The notes: generated by a model not told the origin, from the sequence alone. 64,000 nucleotides of DNA from a virus (IMGVR_UViG_3300049200_000099:1-64000), one strand, 5' to 3'; shown: positions 36,077-44,925, counted from the stretch's first letter. Translations and numbers: made by a program.

Positions 36077-36743
36077 TTTCTGTTATAAGCGTTACTGTTT
36101 TATCGTAGTACAATTGTTTTAAATTTTCTTTTTCTTCAAGGGCGGCAGCAAAGTTCGGATTATCGGTAACGGATCCTGTTTCCCATAGGGTATGGCAATC
36201 GGGGCATTTGATCCAGATGTTCCTTCTAAGTAAACGGAACAGTCCGTATGCCGCTTTAGTGAGCAGGTGGCTAAAGAATCTGATATCGAGGTTTTTCCCA
36301 AGCCTTCTGGGACAACAAGTACATTTTGGTCCGTCATCGTCTCCATAAGTTTCTTCTGATATTTTAATCGCCTCTTCCCACATTTTTTGGAATAGCGCAA
36401 GCTCGCCAGATGGTTGCCTGCGACTGTGTATCGACTTGGCTTTTTTAAAAAGCTTACCCTTCTGAACCAGTTTGGAAAAACGGGAGATGGTCTCATTTGA
36501 TTCATTGCCCTTAGAAATGCCTTCACTTGATCCGGAGGCGTTATCCTTGGATCGCACACCTCGTCGTAACACGGCATCGTTGGCCTTGTTCCATCTGCTA
36601 CTGTTGGTCCGATTGATTTTGCCTTTATTATTCTGATTTCCTTCATGACAGTATCCTTTCTTTACAACTATTAATCGTTTAAGTCCGTGACAAACACATA
36701 TCCCATAGTGCGGTTTAAACATTTTCAGGTTGCCATTCTTCAA
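36054..36743 (-). CDS. Cys/His-rich protein, possibly NinG/HNH-like
   Basis: KCTCCPRRLG...FSHLLTK...RRNIWIKCPDCHTLWE loosely resembles the NinG-type metal-finger layout. This is weak. Confidence 0.3.
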   Translation of the reverse strand: MKNGNLKMFKPHYGICVCHGLKRLIVVKKGYCHEGNQNNKGKINRTNSSRWNKANDAVLRRGVRSKDNASGSSEGISKGNESNETISRFSKLVQKGKLFKKAKSIHSRRQPSGELALFQKMWEEAIKISEETYGDDDGPKCTCCPRRLGKNLDIRFFSHLLTKAAYGLFRLLRRNIWIKCPDCHTLWETGSVTDNPNFAAALEEKENLKQLYYDKTVTLITENGETRIL

Positions 36744-37053
36744 GAATAATTATGTTGTTATCCTTGCAAAGCTGAATGATTTCTTTCGTCATCATTTCGC
36801 CGGTTCCTATTATAACAACGTTTTTATTAATTCGTTCCATTATACAATAGCTACTAACTTCTGAACGGTGTACTCCAGCACAGAAGAAATCTCCTTTCAA
36901 TAACTTCAAAGAAGAAAGTATTTTTATAGCGCTTAATCTGTATTGATTTATACAATAAGACTTAAAACTTTCGGTAGATCCAAGCCAATTGTCTGAATCT
37001 ATAGGACATTCGTCCTCAATGATTTTAGCAATCGTAATTATTTGTTCAAACAT
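36715..37053 (-). CDS. hypothetical protein
   Basis: The listed ORF uses TTG at 37116. The ATG at 37053 (MFEQIITIAK) overlaps the stop of the upstream small ORF. Confidence 0.45.
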   Translation of the reverse strand: MFEQIITIAKIIEDECPIDSDNWLGSTESFKSYCINQYRLSAIKILSSLKLLKGDFFCAGVHRSEVSSYCIMERINKNVVIIGTGEMMTKEIIQLCKDNNIIILEEWQPENV

Positions 37054-37210
37054 AATTTTTAATATTATCATTGCACATCCTGGCTGTAATAGAACTAACT
37101 CTATAAAGCGGAACAAGTATTGTGGTCATTTCTCCTTTTGCTTTACCAACAAACGGTCGCCTTGGAAAAAATTTCTTTGGTTCTTCTAATGTTTCCCACT
37201 GGTAGCTCAT
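37046..37210 (-). CDS. small ORF (54 aa)
   Basis: MSYQWETLEEPKKFFPRRPF... It has an ATGA overlap with the upstream small ORF, and its stop overlaps the next ATG. Confidence 0.4.
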   Translation of the reverse strand: MSYQWETLEEPKKFFPRRPFVGKAKGEMTTILVPLYRVSSITARMCNDNIKNYV

Positions 37211-37350
37211 GATTTTAAAAATTCTTTTATTTGTTCGTCGTTGGCAAGTTGAAATAAAAGTGTTGCTTCATTATCGGAGATGTCTTTTATATCCATTTGA
37301 AGCAATAGATAATATAAATTCCTTTTTGCTTCTTTAACCTGTTCTTTCAT
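37207..37350 (-). CDS. small ORF (47 aa)
   Basis: MKEQVKEAKRNLYYLLLQMD... Its ATG is 2 nt after the upstream TAG, and it has an ATGA overlap downstream. Confidence 0.4.
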   Translation of the reverse strand: MKEQVKEAKRNLYYLLLQMDIKDISDNEATLLFQLANDEQIKEFLKS

Positions 37351-37352
37351 GG

Positions 37353-37883
37353 CTATATCTTCTTATACTTACCGGTAAAACTGTATTGAGGCCCTGTAGC
37401 GGGGATCACCGTAAAGTTTAGGATTATCGTATCACCAGAAATTTTACAAGCGTTGTTGATCTTACAGTTCATATCACTGTAAAACCCACCGGTAATATTA
37501 TTGATGTGCCGTTGTATTTTGGCTTTGGATTGGTTAGCATCCTTATAGGTAACGTTCTTGGATATCTTCATCCAGCCTGGCGCCATTGGATAGGTGTTAC
37601 GAAGAGCAAACCAGATATATGGATAGATCGTATCTCCGCTTTGGTAACCGTGGGATGAGTAGTTACAGTAGAATTCTACCGTGCTATCCATTTCTGCCGG
37701 GATGCTTGACGAGATCATTGCGTACTTCCCGGTCATCGAGGTGTCTGGTGAGGAGCTCACCGTAGGTGTCAGGGTTATGTTCATCGGGTTGCTCGGTGCC
37801 GGGGCGGTTGATTTCTTCTGGCATGATAGCGCGAACATCAACGTTAGCGCGAACATCATCAGGATTTTGGTTGTTGTTTTCAT
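37353..37883 (-). CDS. lipoprotein
   Basis: Signal peptide with lipobox MKTTTKILMMFALTLMFALSC. A rare strong AAGGAGG lies 8 nt upstream of the ATG. Confidence 0.6.
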   Translation of the reverse strand: MKTTTKILMMFALTLMFALSCQKKSTAPAPSNPMNITLTPTVSSSPDTSMTGKYAMISSSIPAEMDSTVEFYCNYSSHGYQSGDTIYPYIWFALRNTYPMAPGWMKISKNVTYKDANQSKAKIQRHINNITGGFYSDMNCKINNACKISGDTIILNFTVIPATGPQYSFTGKYKKI

Positions 37884-38535
37884 GGCTTATTTCCTCCTTT
37901 ATATTTTGGTTAGTAATTTCTTCTTTTACACCGGCGTACTGCGAATATTTTTCTTCCGGTTCAATTGGTTCTTTTCCGACACCATTTTTCAGATCCGCAA
38001 ACATCTGATCAAAATTCCCCTGGTTGTACAGCTTTGCCAGGGTAAGTAGCTCTGTGGTATTTTTAGCATTAACGATCTCTTCCATCATAAAGCCGAAAAC
38101 TGAGGCATAGTTGTCGAAAGTTACAGCGGCCGCGTCACTAAGACTTTTTTCAAGCTGTTCGATCTCTTTATACATAAGGTCGTTGAATTTTTCCATCTGT
38201 AGCTTTCTGTCCAGCACAACACCTTTAACACGCTGCGCTACCTTTGCAGATCTGGCACCGTTAAATTTGGTTTTGCCTGTTGCTTCCTGTCTGGCCATTT
38301 CAGCTTCTGCCTGCGCTATAACTATCTGCTCATACTCCGCTAATTCCTCACGCCAATACCCCTCACGATATCCCATTGCCTGTTGAAGAAGGACCAAACA
38401 GATCAGTTTCTGTTTTCCAATCCTCAACTTGTTTTCGTCGAGAGTAGAATTTGACTGTTGACTTTGGGGCTTTTTTAACTCTAATTCGGGTTTCTCCGTT
38501 TGAAGGTTTTTTTCCTCGCTGTTTTCGTTTTGCAT
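37684..38535 (-). CDS. hypothetical coiled-coil protein
   Basis: 283-aa ORF overlapping the lipoprotein gene by 200 nt and the upstream HTH gene by 173 nt. An alternative ATG at 38376 cuts the upstream overlap to 14 nt. Confidence 0.45.
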   Translation of the reverse strand: MQNENSEEKNLQTEKPELELKKPQSQQSNSTLDENKLRIGKQKLICLVLLQQAMGYREGYWREELAEYEQIVIAQAEAEMARQEATGKTKFNGARSAKVAQRVKGVVLDRKLQMEKFNDLMYKEIEQLEKSLSDAAAVTFDNYASVFGFMMEEIVNAKNTTELLTLAKLYNQGNFDQMFADLKNGVGKEPIEPEEKYSQYAGVKEEITNQNIKEEISHENNNQNPDDVRANVDVRAIMPEEINRPGTEQPDEHNPDTYGELLTRHLDDREVRNDLVKHPGRNG

Positions 38536-38827
38536 TTGAGTAGTATAAATTATGTTTTTCTAATTTAAGAACTTTTTCGGGGTAATCACTGATCTTTTTA
38601 GCCGCACGTACCTTACTTACGTTGAGCTGGTACCCCAGCATATTCAGTACCTTTATAAGTGAAACGATGTTGTAGGGCACACCCTTAAACATTTTGTTCA
38701 CGACCGGCAATGAGAGGTCTACCATGATCGCCATAGAAGCGTTTGTATGTCCTTCGGATTCCAAGGCATGCCCCAAGATGTTTGCCAGCCGTTTCAACTC
38801 CTCTTTATCTTCTTTGTTGTGCAGCAT
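38363..38827 (-). CDS. putative HTH DNA-binding protein
   Basis: The N-terminal segment (SMAIMVDLSLPVVNKMFKG) is HTH-like and the tail is basic. Confidence 0.35.
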   Translation of the reverse strand: MLHNKEDKEELKRLANILGHALESEGHTNASMAIMVDLSLPVVNKMFKGVPYNIVSLIKVLNMLGYQLNVSKVRAAKKISDYPEKVLKLEKHNLYYSNAKRKQRGKKPSNGETRIRVKKAPKSTVKFYSRRKQVEDWKTETDLFGPSSTGNGIS

Positions 38828-38831
38828 GATT

Positions 38832-39227
38832 TTAGTCCTCCTTCCAACCAGTAACTAATGTTCTGGCATACTGTTCAATTTTCTCGATTTGCTCCAGGTT
38901 AAGATTTTTATTGATGCCGACCAGAACTTTTGCTTTCGTTTCATCATAAAGTGTATCGACACTAACTCCAATGTCTTCTAATTTATTTTCAAGAGACGTT
39001 ATTTCTTCTCGAAGTTCTTGCATTTCTGAACGTTCGATTGAAAGCAAATCATCGTTTTTCGATTGTAACCAGGAGCGTTCATCATCAAGAGCATCCGAAT
39101 ATTTTTGAATATTATCAAGATGTTCTTCAATGACATTTTTTTCTCCGTCTGTAATTGATTGTGATTGGGAAACTTTTTGACGCATCTCATGAATAGAGAT
39201 ATTGATTTTTCCTAGTGTGTTTGACAT
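38832..39227 (-). CDS. coiled-coil protein
   Basis: 131-aa ORF with heptad-like E/K/L-rich sequence. Confidence 0.45.
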   Translation of the reverse strand: MSNTLGKINISIHEMRQKVSQSQSITDGEKNVIEEHLDNIQKYSDALDDERSWLQSKNDDLLSIERSEMQELREEITSLENKLEDIGVSVDTLYDETKAKVLVGINKNLNLEQIEKIEQYARTLVTGWKED

Positions 39228-39274
39228 AATACTGATTTCTTTTACCTGGGTTTCGTTTTGTAAAAATAGTGAAT

Positions 39275-39700
39275 TTATTTGTTAATGCAGCAATGCTTAT
39301 ACTTCTTCCCTGATCCGCAGGGACATGGGCTATTGCGCGGTATTTTGGGTTCTGATCTTACCGGATAAAGTTCAACATGCCTTTCCTTTTTAGGCAGGTG
39401 ACCATACGTCTCGTTGTCTAAAGCCTCTACGTCTTTTTGCATCATAGCTATCCGTTCCTTCATGTTACTTTCAATAGTGTAAGTTTGTGTGGTTCCATCT
39501 TTTCGCGTGTTCATTCCGCCAACCAGGATTGTTTTACCCATTTGGTAACTACTACCTATTGCACAAATATTTTTGTCAAGCCGGTATTGAAGCTTCTCTT
39601 TTAGATCCGTTTCATCTTCGGCAAGTATTTCTCCGTAACCATAAACATGGTATACGTTCATAGCTGGTTGAAAGAGATAGAAGTTTGTTACTGTTCCCAT
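39275..39700 (-). CDS. SEC-C motif (zinc-binding) protein
   Basis: The C-terminus is [15 protein letters not shown]. Confidence 0.65.
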   Translation of the reverse strand: MGTVTNFYLFQPAMNVYHVYGYGEILAEDETDLKEKLQYRLDKNICAIGSSYQMGKTILVGGMNTRKDGTTQTYTIESNMKERIAMMQKDVEALDNETYGHLPKKERHVELYPVRSEPKIPRNSPCPCGSGKKYKHCCINK

Positions 39701-39897
39701 TACTTCTCGTCTTTACTAACTTCAAGTTCATTCGGAATAAATGATCTTTTTGTTTTGTGCCCGGTGGCTTTAAGCACAGCCTCGGCAGAAGCTATTTCAT
39801 GCTCGGTATATGGAACAACACTCTGGTAGATGGGTATGCCATCGCTATTGTTTTCCATTTTCTTTAGGATGGTTTGGGTTAAGTCTGATTTTTTCAT
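39700..39897 (-). CDS. hypothetical protein
   Basis: 65-aa ORF whose stop overlaps the next start. Confidence 0.4.
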   Translation of the reverse strand: MKKSDLTQTILKKMENNSDGIPIYQSVVPYTEHEIASAEAVLKATGHKTKRSFIPNELEVSKDEK

Positions 39898-39907
39898 ATA
39901 GATGGGT

Positions 39908-40729
39908 TTAACTTGCTAATTTATATTTGCCGGTATCTACAGATTCAAATGGGCTTTGTCTGATTATCTGTCTCACCTTTTCTTTCCAGTAAGGGTTTTT
40001 CGTGGGACGCTTACCTTCTATTTTCTTATATATCTGTTCGAGTGTAGCAGTGCCGCCGATATCTTTTACTACATCTACAAGCACTTGGCGCCATATGCTT
40101 CCGTTTTTATTTATAGTTTTTGTAAGCGCTTCTTTTATTTCAGGCAACATGGACTTGATATCAATTAGTTCGTTGTAAAGAATAAATCCTGATAGCACCG
40201 GAGAAGCATCGCGAATAAACTGTGCCCACACCAATGGCTTAGATAAAAGGCTTTCGGTTTGAAATAAGTCTCGCGGCATCATCTTTTGATCGATATCCCA
40301 GCTTTTTGTTAACCGCTTGAATGTTTTACTGGTTTGCATAAAATATGCTGGTATAATGAAAGCGGCCTTGTTCCCGAACGGCAGTATATCTTCGCATCTC
40401 TCCATAAATGTTTCGAACATATCAAGGTCAAATGGCGGATTGCCTATGATCGCAGTAACTTCATTTATCTTTTCGAAATGAACTGTTCTAAAATCACCAT
40501 GATAAACCAGTCTCCCGGTATTTTTGTTTGACTCTTTTACAAGTTCTGGATCTATCTCTGTTCCAATAGCCCGTATGTGCTGTGGTACGGCGCTTAAAAA
40601 ACTTCCTTTCCCACAGGTAGGCTCCCACACAAGATCATTCTCGTTTAATTCAGGAAACGTTTTGTTGTATAATATTTCAGCAGCCCATACGGGGGTAAAA
40701 AACTGATCCAATTCTTTTTGTTTACTCAT
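39908..40729 (-). CDS. N6-adenine DNA methyltransferase (gamma class)
   Basis: DQFFTP, AdoMet motif EPTCGKGSF and catalytic IIGNPPF. Confidence 0.75.
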   Translation of the reverse strand: MSKQKELDQFFTPVWAAEILYNKTFPELNENDLVWEPTCGKGSFLSAVPQHIRAIGTEIDPELVKESNKNTGRLVYHGDFRTVHFEKINEVTAIIGNPPFDLDMFETFMERCEDILPFGNKAAFIIPAYFMQTSKTFKRLTKSWDIDQKMMPRDLFQTESLLSKPLVWAQFIRDASPVLSGFILYNELIDIKSMLPEIKEALTKTINKNGSIWRQVLVDVVKDIGGTATLEQIYKKIEGKRPTKNPYWKEKVRQIIRQSPFESVDTGKYKLAS

Positions 40730-40849
40730 ACTGTTCGTTTAATTAATTTCTTATTTGAAAAAGGAAACGCCCGCCCCACACCACATGTAGCTGACGCTTC
40801 CTTTTCGTTTATATACCGGGCACATGGCATGCGCCGGCGGGTACATTAG

Positions 40850-40922
40850 TGATGCAGCGGGGAGTCGAACCCATATCTTTCCTGTTCCATAAAGCGCTTC
40901 CATGGAAAGCCTCGCTTGCATC
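40850..40922 (-). ncRNA. 73-nt tRNA-sized relic (acceptor pairing and T-loop only)
   Basis: 6-bp GATGCA/TGCATC terminal pairing and GGGTTCGACTCCC, but no D or anticodon stems could be folded. Confidence 0.2.
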
Positions 40923-40932
40923 GTTTTATTTT

Positions 40933-41400
40933 TTAGGTTACACCATACTTGTTGTCCAGGTACCCGCCAATGTCTTTCATGATAAGATCATCATAGCCTG
41001 GCACGCCTAATTTTGCACATATAGTTTCCCATTCTGCTTCGGGGTTATGTATCTGCTTCTTCCATTTCTCGTAGAACCAGTGTGAAGCCTCCCATATTAC
41101 TTCGGCGGCATCTTTGTATGACTTAATGTCGGATCTTTGCCGAAGGCCTTGAACAAATACACCACCGGCGATGGCGCAGATAATTCCGATCTCGTATGCT
41201 TTTGCTTCCTGTTCGATGTTAGCTTCAATGCTATTGCAGCGTCTTGCAATTTCATTTGCCAAATCAACCACTTTTTTGGAATCATTGTAAAATATTTCAG
41301 CAATAACCCTGTTTTCGGTCATAATCATTATTCCATACTGATTGCTGAATCCTTGCACCTTATATGCTTTTTCGTCAACTGTTAATATTCCTATTTCCAT
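40933..41400 (-). CDS. hypothetical protein
   Basis: 155-aa ORF. Confidence 0.45.
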   Translation of the reverse strand: MEIGILTVDEKAYKVQGFSNQYGIMIMTENRVIAEIFYNDSKKVVDLANEIARRCNSIEANIEQEAKAYEIGIICAIAGGVFVQGLRQRSDIKSYKDAAEVIWEASHWFYEKWKKQIHNPEAEWETICAKLGVPGYDDLIMKDIGGYLDNKYGVT

Positions 41401-41402
41401 TA

Positions 41403-41642
41403 TTAAAAGTGTTTAGATATTATTAGTAAATGTTTTACGTGTGTAAGCACCTCTTGCAATGATGAGAGTCCAGACTTTACCTGTAGGTCCTGAGCGTGGC
41501 GAAGCCAGTCATTTGCCATTACAGCTGTTTGTTCGCCATATAGCCTATCGCAAATCTCCTTTGCTATTCGGATATCTTCCCCGAGGTTTTGCCCGCGCTG
41601 ATTGGAGGATTGCTGTGTTGTCAATGAAAGTATTTTCTTCAT
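41403..41642 (-). CDS. hypothetical protein
   Basis: 79-aa ORF, operon-packed. Confidence 0.4.
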   Translation of the reverse strand: MKKILSLTTQQSSNQRGQNLGEDIRIAKEICDRLYGEQTAVMANDWLRHAQDLQVKSGLSSLQEVLTHVKHLLIISKHF

Positions 41643-41646
41643 GGCT

Positions 41647-42048
41647 TTAATGCGATAATTGTTCTGCGGTTACTATTTGTTCGTCCGGAAACCTCATTTG
41701 TTTTATTAGTCGGTTCACTTCTATCCTGCTAAGGTCAAACTTTTTGTTAAGTTCAGCAAGACTGAACCTTTCCTTTGTATGAACAGTTGCTCCGTTGATA
41801 TTAACAATAAGCCCATATTTTACATGTGGCGTTTCAAGATACCTGATAGCTCCGGTAATTACGGCATCCATACTTTTTACAATCGGTTCGATTATTCCTC
41901 CAAAGAGCCGAGCTTTCTTTATTGCTTCGCCACGTGTGTAGGTAAACGCTGTTCCATAGTCACCCAGGTATCCCCTGTAGTTCTGATCTTCTTTGGCATC
42001 GTGGCCTGGCAGAAGAAGTACTTTGTAAAGTTTAAGGTTTGTATTCAT
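41647..42048 (-). CDS. hypothetical protein
   Basis: 133-aa ORF. Confidence 0.45.
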   Translation of the reverse strand: MNTNLKLYKVLLLPGHDAKEDQNYRGYLGDYGTAFTYTRGEAIKKARLFGGIIEPIVKSMDAVITGAIRYLETPHVKYGLIVNINGATVHTKERFSLAELNKKFDLSRIEVNRLIKQMRFPDEQIVTAEQLSH

Positions 42049-42448
42049 TGAATTTTCCTTCCTGTTCGTTAAATTCTTTCCATTTATTTATGTCCCCGTA
42101 GTACCTTTTAACGAGGGCTGGCTGTGTGTGAATATCTAAAAGTATAGGCGCGCGGTCACCATCTCCGGTAATGTACCTATACCAAAGGTCTAAAATATAC
42201 CGACCCTCTATTACTAAGAAGTCGTGACCGCATGTCCAAAGCCCTATTTCTGCTGTTGGATTTTTGTCGTGTTGGTAGCCCACAACTTTTGCATTTGGAA
42301 AAAATTGTTCCTTTATCCATCGTGCGCCATTGGTACATATAGTGAACGGGTTTCCGTTTTCTTCTGTTTCCGGCAATGCAGCAAGCCTATCGTCCTCTGC
42401 TTTGAATGCCTTTACTATTTTACTGATATGAATGTTTAACGTTTCCAT
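42032..42448 (-). CDS. hypothetical protein
   Basis: 138-aa ORF. Confidence 0.45.
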   Translation of the reverse strand: METLNIHISKIVKAFKAEDDRLAALPETEENGNPFTICTNGARWIKEQFFPNAKVVGYQHDKNPTAEIGLWTCGHDFLVIEGRYILDLWYRYITGDGDRAPILLDIHTQPALVKRYYGDINKWKEFNEQEGKFNEYKP

Positions 42449-42449
42449 A

Positions 42450-43199
42450 TTAATCTTCGATTTCTACAAGTTTACCATTCTTTACAATGTACTGCGCATC
42501 CGCTGGCACTTCCCATTGGGTATAGTAGTACTCTTCTTCGTCGTAGGCTTCCTGTAATGATTCGTATCCTATTTTCTTGGCATACTTTTCAGCGTCTTTT
42601 TCGTATTTGAAATACGCTGTACCATCATTGAAACAATAACCCTCATTCATTCCTTCAAGCGTTTCGTCACATTGGCGGGCATACTTTGTGCCCTCTACAA
42701 GCGGTTCTGAATTAGAAGGCGCGTCCCTGTTCTCAATGGCTTTTTCAAGCTGTTCGTATTCTTCCTGAGTTATCTCAGCAAAGCCCATCCATCCGTCACA
42801 CTTGCCAACAAGATTTGAGGGGTGGTCGCCTTCTGTCCATTGGTATATATCAAAGTCTCCATTTTCTTCTGCTTCTTTTATTACCTCTTCAAATTCTTCC
42901 GTGTGGTAGGTGTTGCAAATGCTTTGCCCCATTAAGAAGCAAAATGTTTTTGGTTCCGTATCCTGTATCTCAAAGAAAAAATCATACTCTGTTCCTTCCA
43001 CAATATCCTTTACGCTCTGTTCAAAATCATCATCGTCAATGGTGTCAATTTTTTTCTTTGAGAAGTTTCTACTGGTCAGGTAATCTGTAACAAATGTTTT
43101 CATTTGCTGGTACCGACTCTCTTCCGTTCCTGTTATAACGGTTACGCTGTCCAGTATTCCACCGGACATGAATATTAGTATGCTTAAATGATTTTTCAT
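42450..43199 (-). CDS. strongly acidic protein
   Basis: 249-aa ORF, visibly D/E-rich throughout. CACACCAC box 1 nt upstream of the ATG. Confidence 0.5.
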   Translation of the reverse strand: MKNHLSILIFMSGGILDSVTVITGTEESRYQQMKTFVTDYLTSRNFSKKKIDTIDDDDFEQSVKDIVEGTEYDFFFEIQDTEPKTFCFLMGQSICNTYHTEEFEEVIKEAEENGDFDIYQWTEGDHPSNLVGKCDGWMGFAEITQEEYEQLEKAIENRDAPSNSEPLVEGTKYARQCDETLEGMNEGYCFNDGTAYFKYEKDAEKYAKKIGYESLQEAYDEEEYYYTQWEVPADAQYIVKNGKLVEIED

Positions 43200-43219
43200 A
43201 GTGGTGTGTGTTTGTTAAT

Positions 43220-43438
43220 TTATAATCTGTCGAATAGGTTGGCAATTTTATGTGACGCGAGGCCAGAATTCCAGCCACCTACGGTCATTGCCTTTAACAT
43301 TTCAATCTTTTTCTTTCGCGGCATGGCATCAAATTGCGTATAGGCCTGTGAAAATTGGCCATTGTGAAACGATTCCACTATCATTTCACAATATTGCATA
43401 TCGGAATTAAAACCGTATTGTTTTAGTAGTTTTTTCAT
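43220..43438 (-). CDS. hypothetical protein
   Basis: 72-aa ORF with the CCACACCAC box 1 nt upstream of the ATG. Confidence 0.45.
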   Translation of the reverse strand: MKKLLKQYGFNSDMQYCEMIVESFHNGQFSQAYTQFDAMPRKKKIEMLKAMTVGGWNSGLASHKIANLFDRL

Positions 43439-43463
43439 AGTGGTGTGGTTTTTGTTTGCGTTA

Positions 43464-44033
43464 TTATTTTGGTTTAATTTCTCCTATCAATTTCTGGATA
43501 CCGGCGTACACTTCTTCCAGTACAGTGAACGGCGCTTTTGCGTACAGTTCTTTCGATCCCAGTGCTATTTCTGTAGAGTGTTTATCGTAAATATCGTATA
43601 GCCCTGTTTTATCGTACAGTTCACTTATTGCAAGCGTTTCGCCACCGAGGCGGAAAAATATGCGTGTTAGTTTTTCCGCTTCTTCTGGGGTATGGCGGGA
43701 TGCGTCAAAGTCAATGATCTTTGCCATACTCCAAGCTTTGTTAAATATTTCGTTTTGCCGTTCATGGGTATCTATATCTCCTTTTGTAACTGCGCTGTGT
43801 TCAAATGTTCCATTAAGAATAAACTCGAATCCAAACACATCTTTCCATGCCTGTAGCATTGCCTCGTTTGAATCGCAGAATTCATGCGTACAGCAAATAT
43901 CGCTATTGGCGAGGTTTCTTGTAAGGTGGCCGTTTACCATTAATTCAAATTCATTATCAAAGCCAACGGCGGGTTGGCACTCAAGCCACTCTCTAAGAAC
44001 GGCTATAAATGATATTGCTAGTAGTTTTCTCAT
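43464..44033 (-). CDS. hypothetical protein
   Basis: 189-aa ORF. Confidence 0.45.
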   Translation of the reverse strand: MRKLLAISFIAVLREWLECQPAVGFDNEFELMVNGHLTRNLANSDICCTHEFCDSNEAMLQAWKDVFGFEFILNGTFEHSAVTKGDIDTHERQNEIFNKAWSMAKIIDFDASRHTPEEAEKLTRIFFRLGGETLAISELYDKTGLYDIYDKHSTEIALGSKELYAKAPFTVLEEVYAGIQKLIGEIKPK

Positions 44034-44440
44034 GCGTATGATTTTATAAATTTTCCTTTCAGTATTTTATCGGCTACTGTTTTGCCTGCAAAATTTTCAT
44101 TGGGCAGTTCAATGGTCAATGGGTGTACCTTTTCAGGATCTTCCCAAAACGCTTCGTATAGACTGTTTAAGCCCTGAGAATCTTTGAATGGTTCCGATAG
44201 AGTAATATCTCCAGTCACACAATGGAAGCCCAGCCATTTGTTATCTGTTCGCTGGACAAATATGTGGAAGAATCCCCCGCCGCTGCCCATTGAGAATATT
44301 TTACCGTTCAGGGTTTTGCTTATGTCGGTCACTATCTGGTAAATGTTCTTTAGCTGTTTGTCGGTGAAGCCATAACCCTCTTTGTTGATTTTTTCTGTGG
44401 TAATTTCAGGGTTTACCGATGTGGTGTTTTTCTTTTTCAT
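44030..44440 (-). CDS. hypothetical protein
   Basis: 136-aa ORF with a 4-nt overlap. Confidence 0.45.
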   Translation of the reverse strand: MKKKNTTSVNPEITTEKINKEGYGFTDKQLKNIYQIVTDISKTLNGKIFSMGSGGGFFHIFVQRTDNKWLGFHCVTGDITLSEPFKDSQGLNSLYEAFWEDPEKVHPLTIELPNENFAGKTVADKILKGKFIKSYA

Positions 44441-44442
44441 GG

Positions 44443-44925
44443 TTACGATATTTTTATTAATAACATTTTTGCGGACCGTTCGCTTTTGTGCCTTGAAAAC
44501 AATTCACCGTTAACAGTTACTTTATGTGTATAGCCCGTTTCGGTATTTCCGGGGGTTGGTTCGATTAATATGTGGTCTTGCTGATAATTAGGCGCTTTGT
44601 AAAGGACATTTTTTGTTTTTGCGTCTCTTATCCTTAGTATGCAACCGTCTAAAATTCCACCACCCCCCATTGAGCGGGCGGTTTGTATAAGCAAGGGTAT
44701 TTTAATACTCCCTGTGCTTCTGCCAACGTGACCTATTATGTCATTTGTTTCGTGCCAGCTTTTTCCGGTTTTAGTATCTCCATAATCAAGTATAAGGCGG
44801 GTTTCACTGTCACGTGACCACTCAAGTATCTCTATAACCTTTTCTGGAGTGTCCATGCTATAGGCAGTGTCGTTAACGAGTTGGTATTTTTTACCTTCAC
44901 TTGTTATTAAAATTTGTTTTTTCAT
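44443..44925 (-). CDS. hypothetical protein
   Basis: 160-aa ORF with CCATACCAC 2 nt upstream of the ATG. Confidence 0.45.
   Translation of the reverse strand: MKKQILITSEGKKYQLVNDTAYSMDTPEKVIEILEWSRDSETRLILDYGDTKTGKSWHETNDIIGHVGRSTGSIKIPLLIQTARSMGGGGILDGCILRIRDAKTKNVLYKAPNYQQDHILIEPTPGNTETGYTHKVTVNGELFSRHKSERSAKMLLIKIS

Noticed and set aside
36119-36646. 175-aa same-strand alternative-frame ORF inside gene 36054..36743
   Set aside because: Unlike the MTase case, it shows no recognisable motifs or repeats. It is shorter, and the main frame carries the Cys/His pattern. It is treated as chance, although a formal overlap test could include it.
40730-40932. Possible terminator GGAAGCG..CGTTTCC-TTTTTC (minus sense) and the plus-strand CCACACCAC-ATG-TAG in the gap before the N6-MTase gene
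   Set aside because: The stem needs a G-U pair and a 25-nt loop. The plus-strand ATG is followed immediately by a stop. Both are recorded only as context for the tRNA-sized relic.
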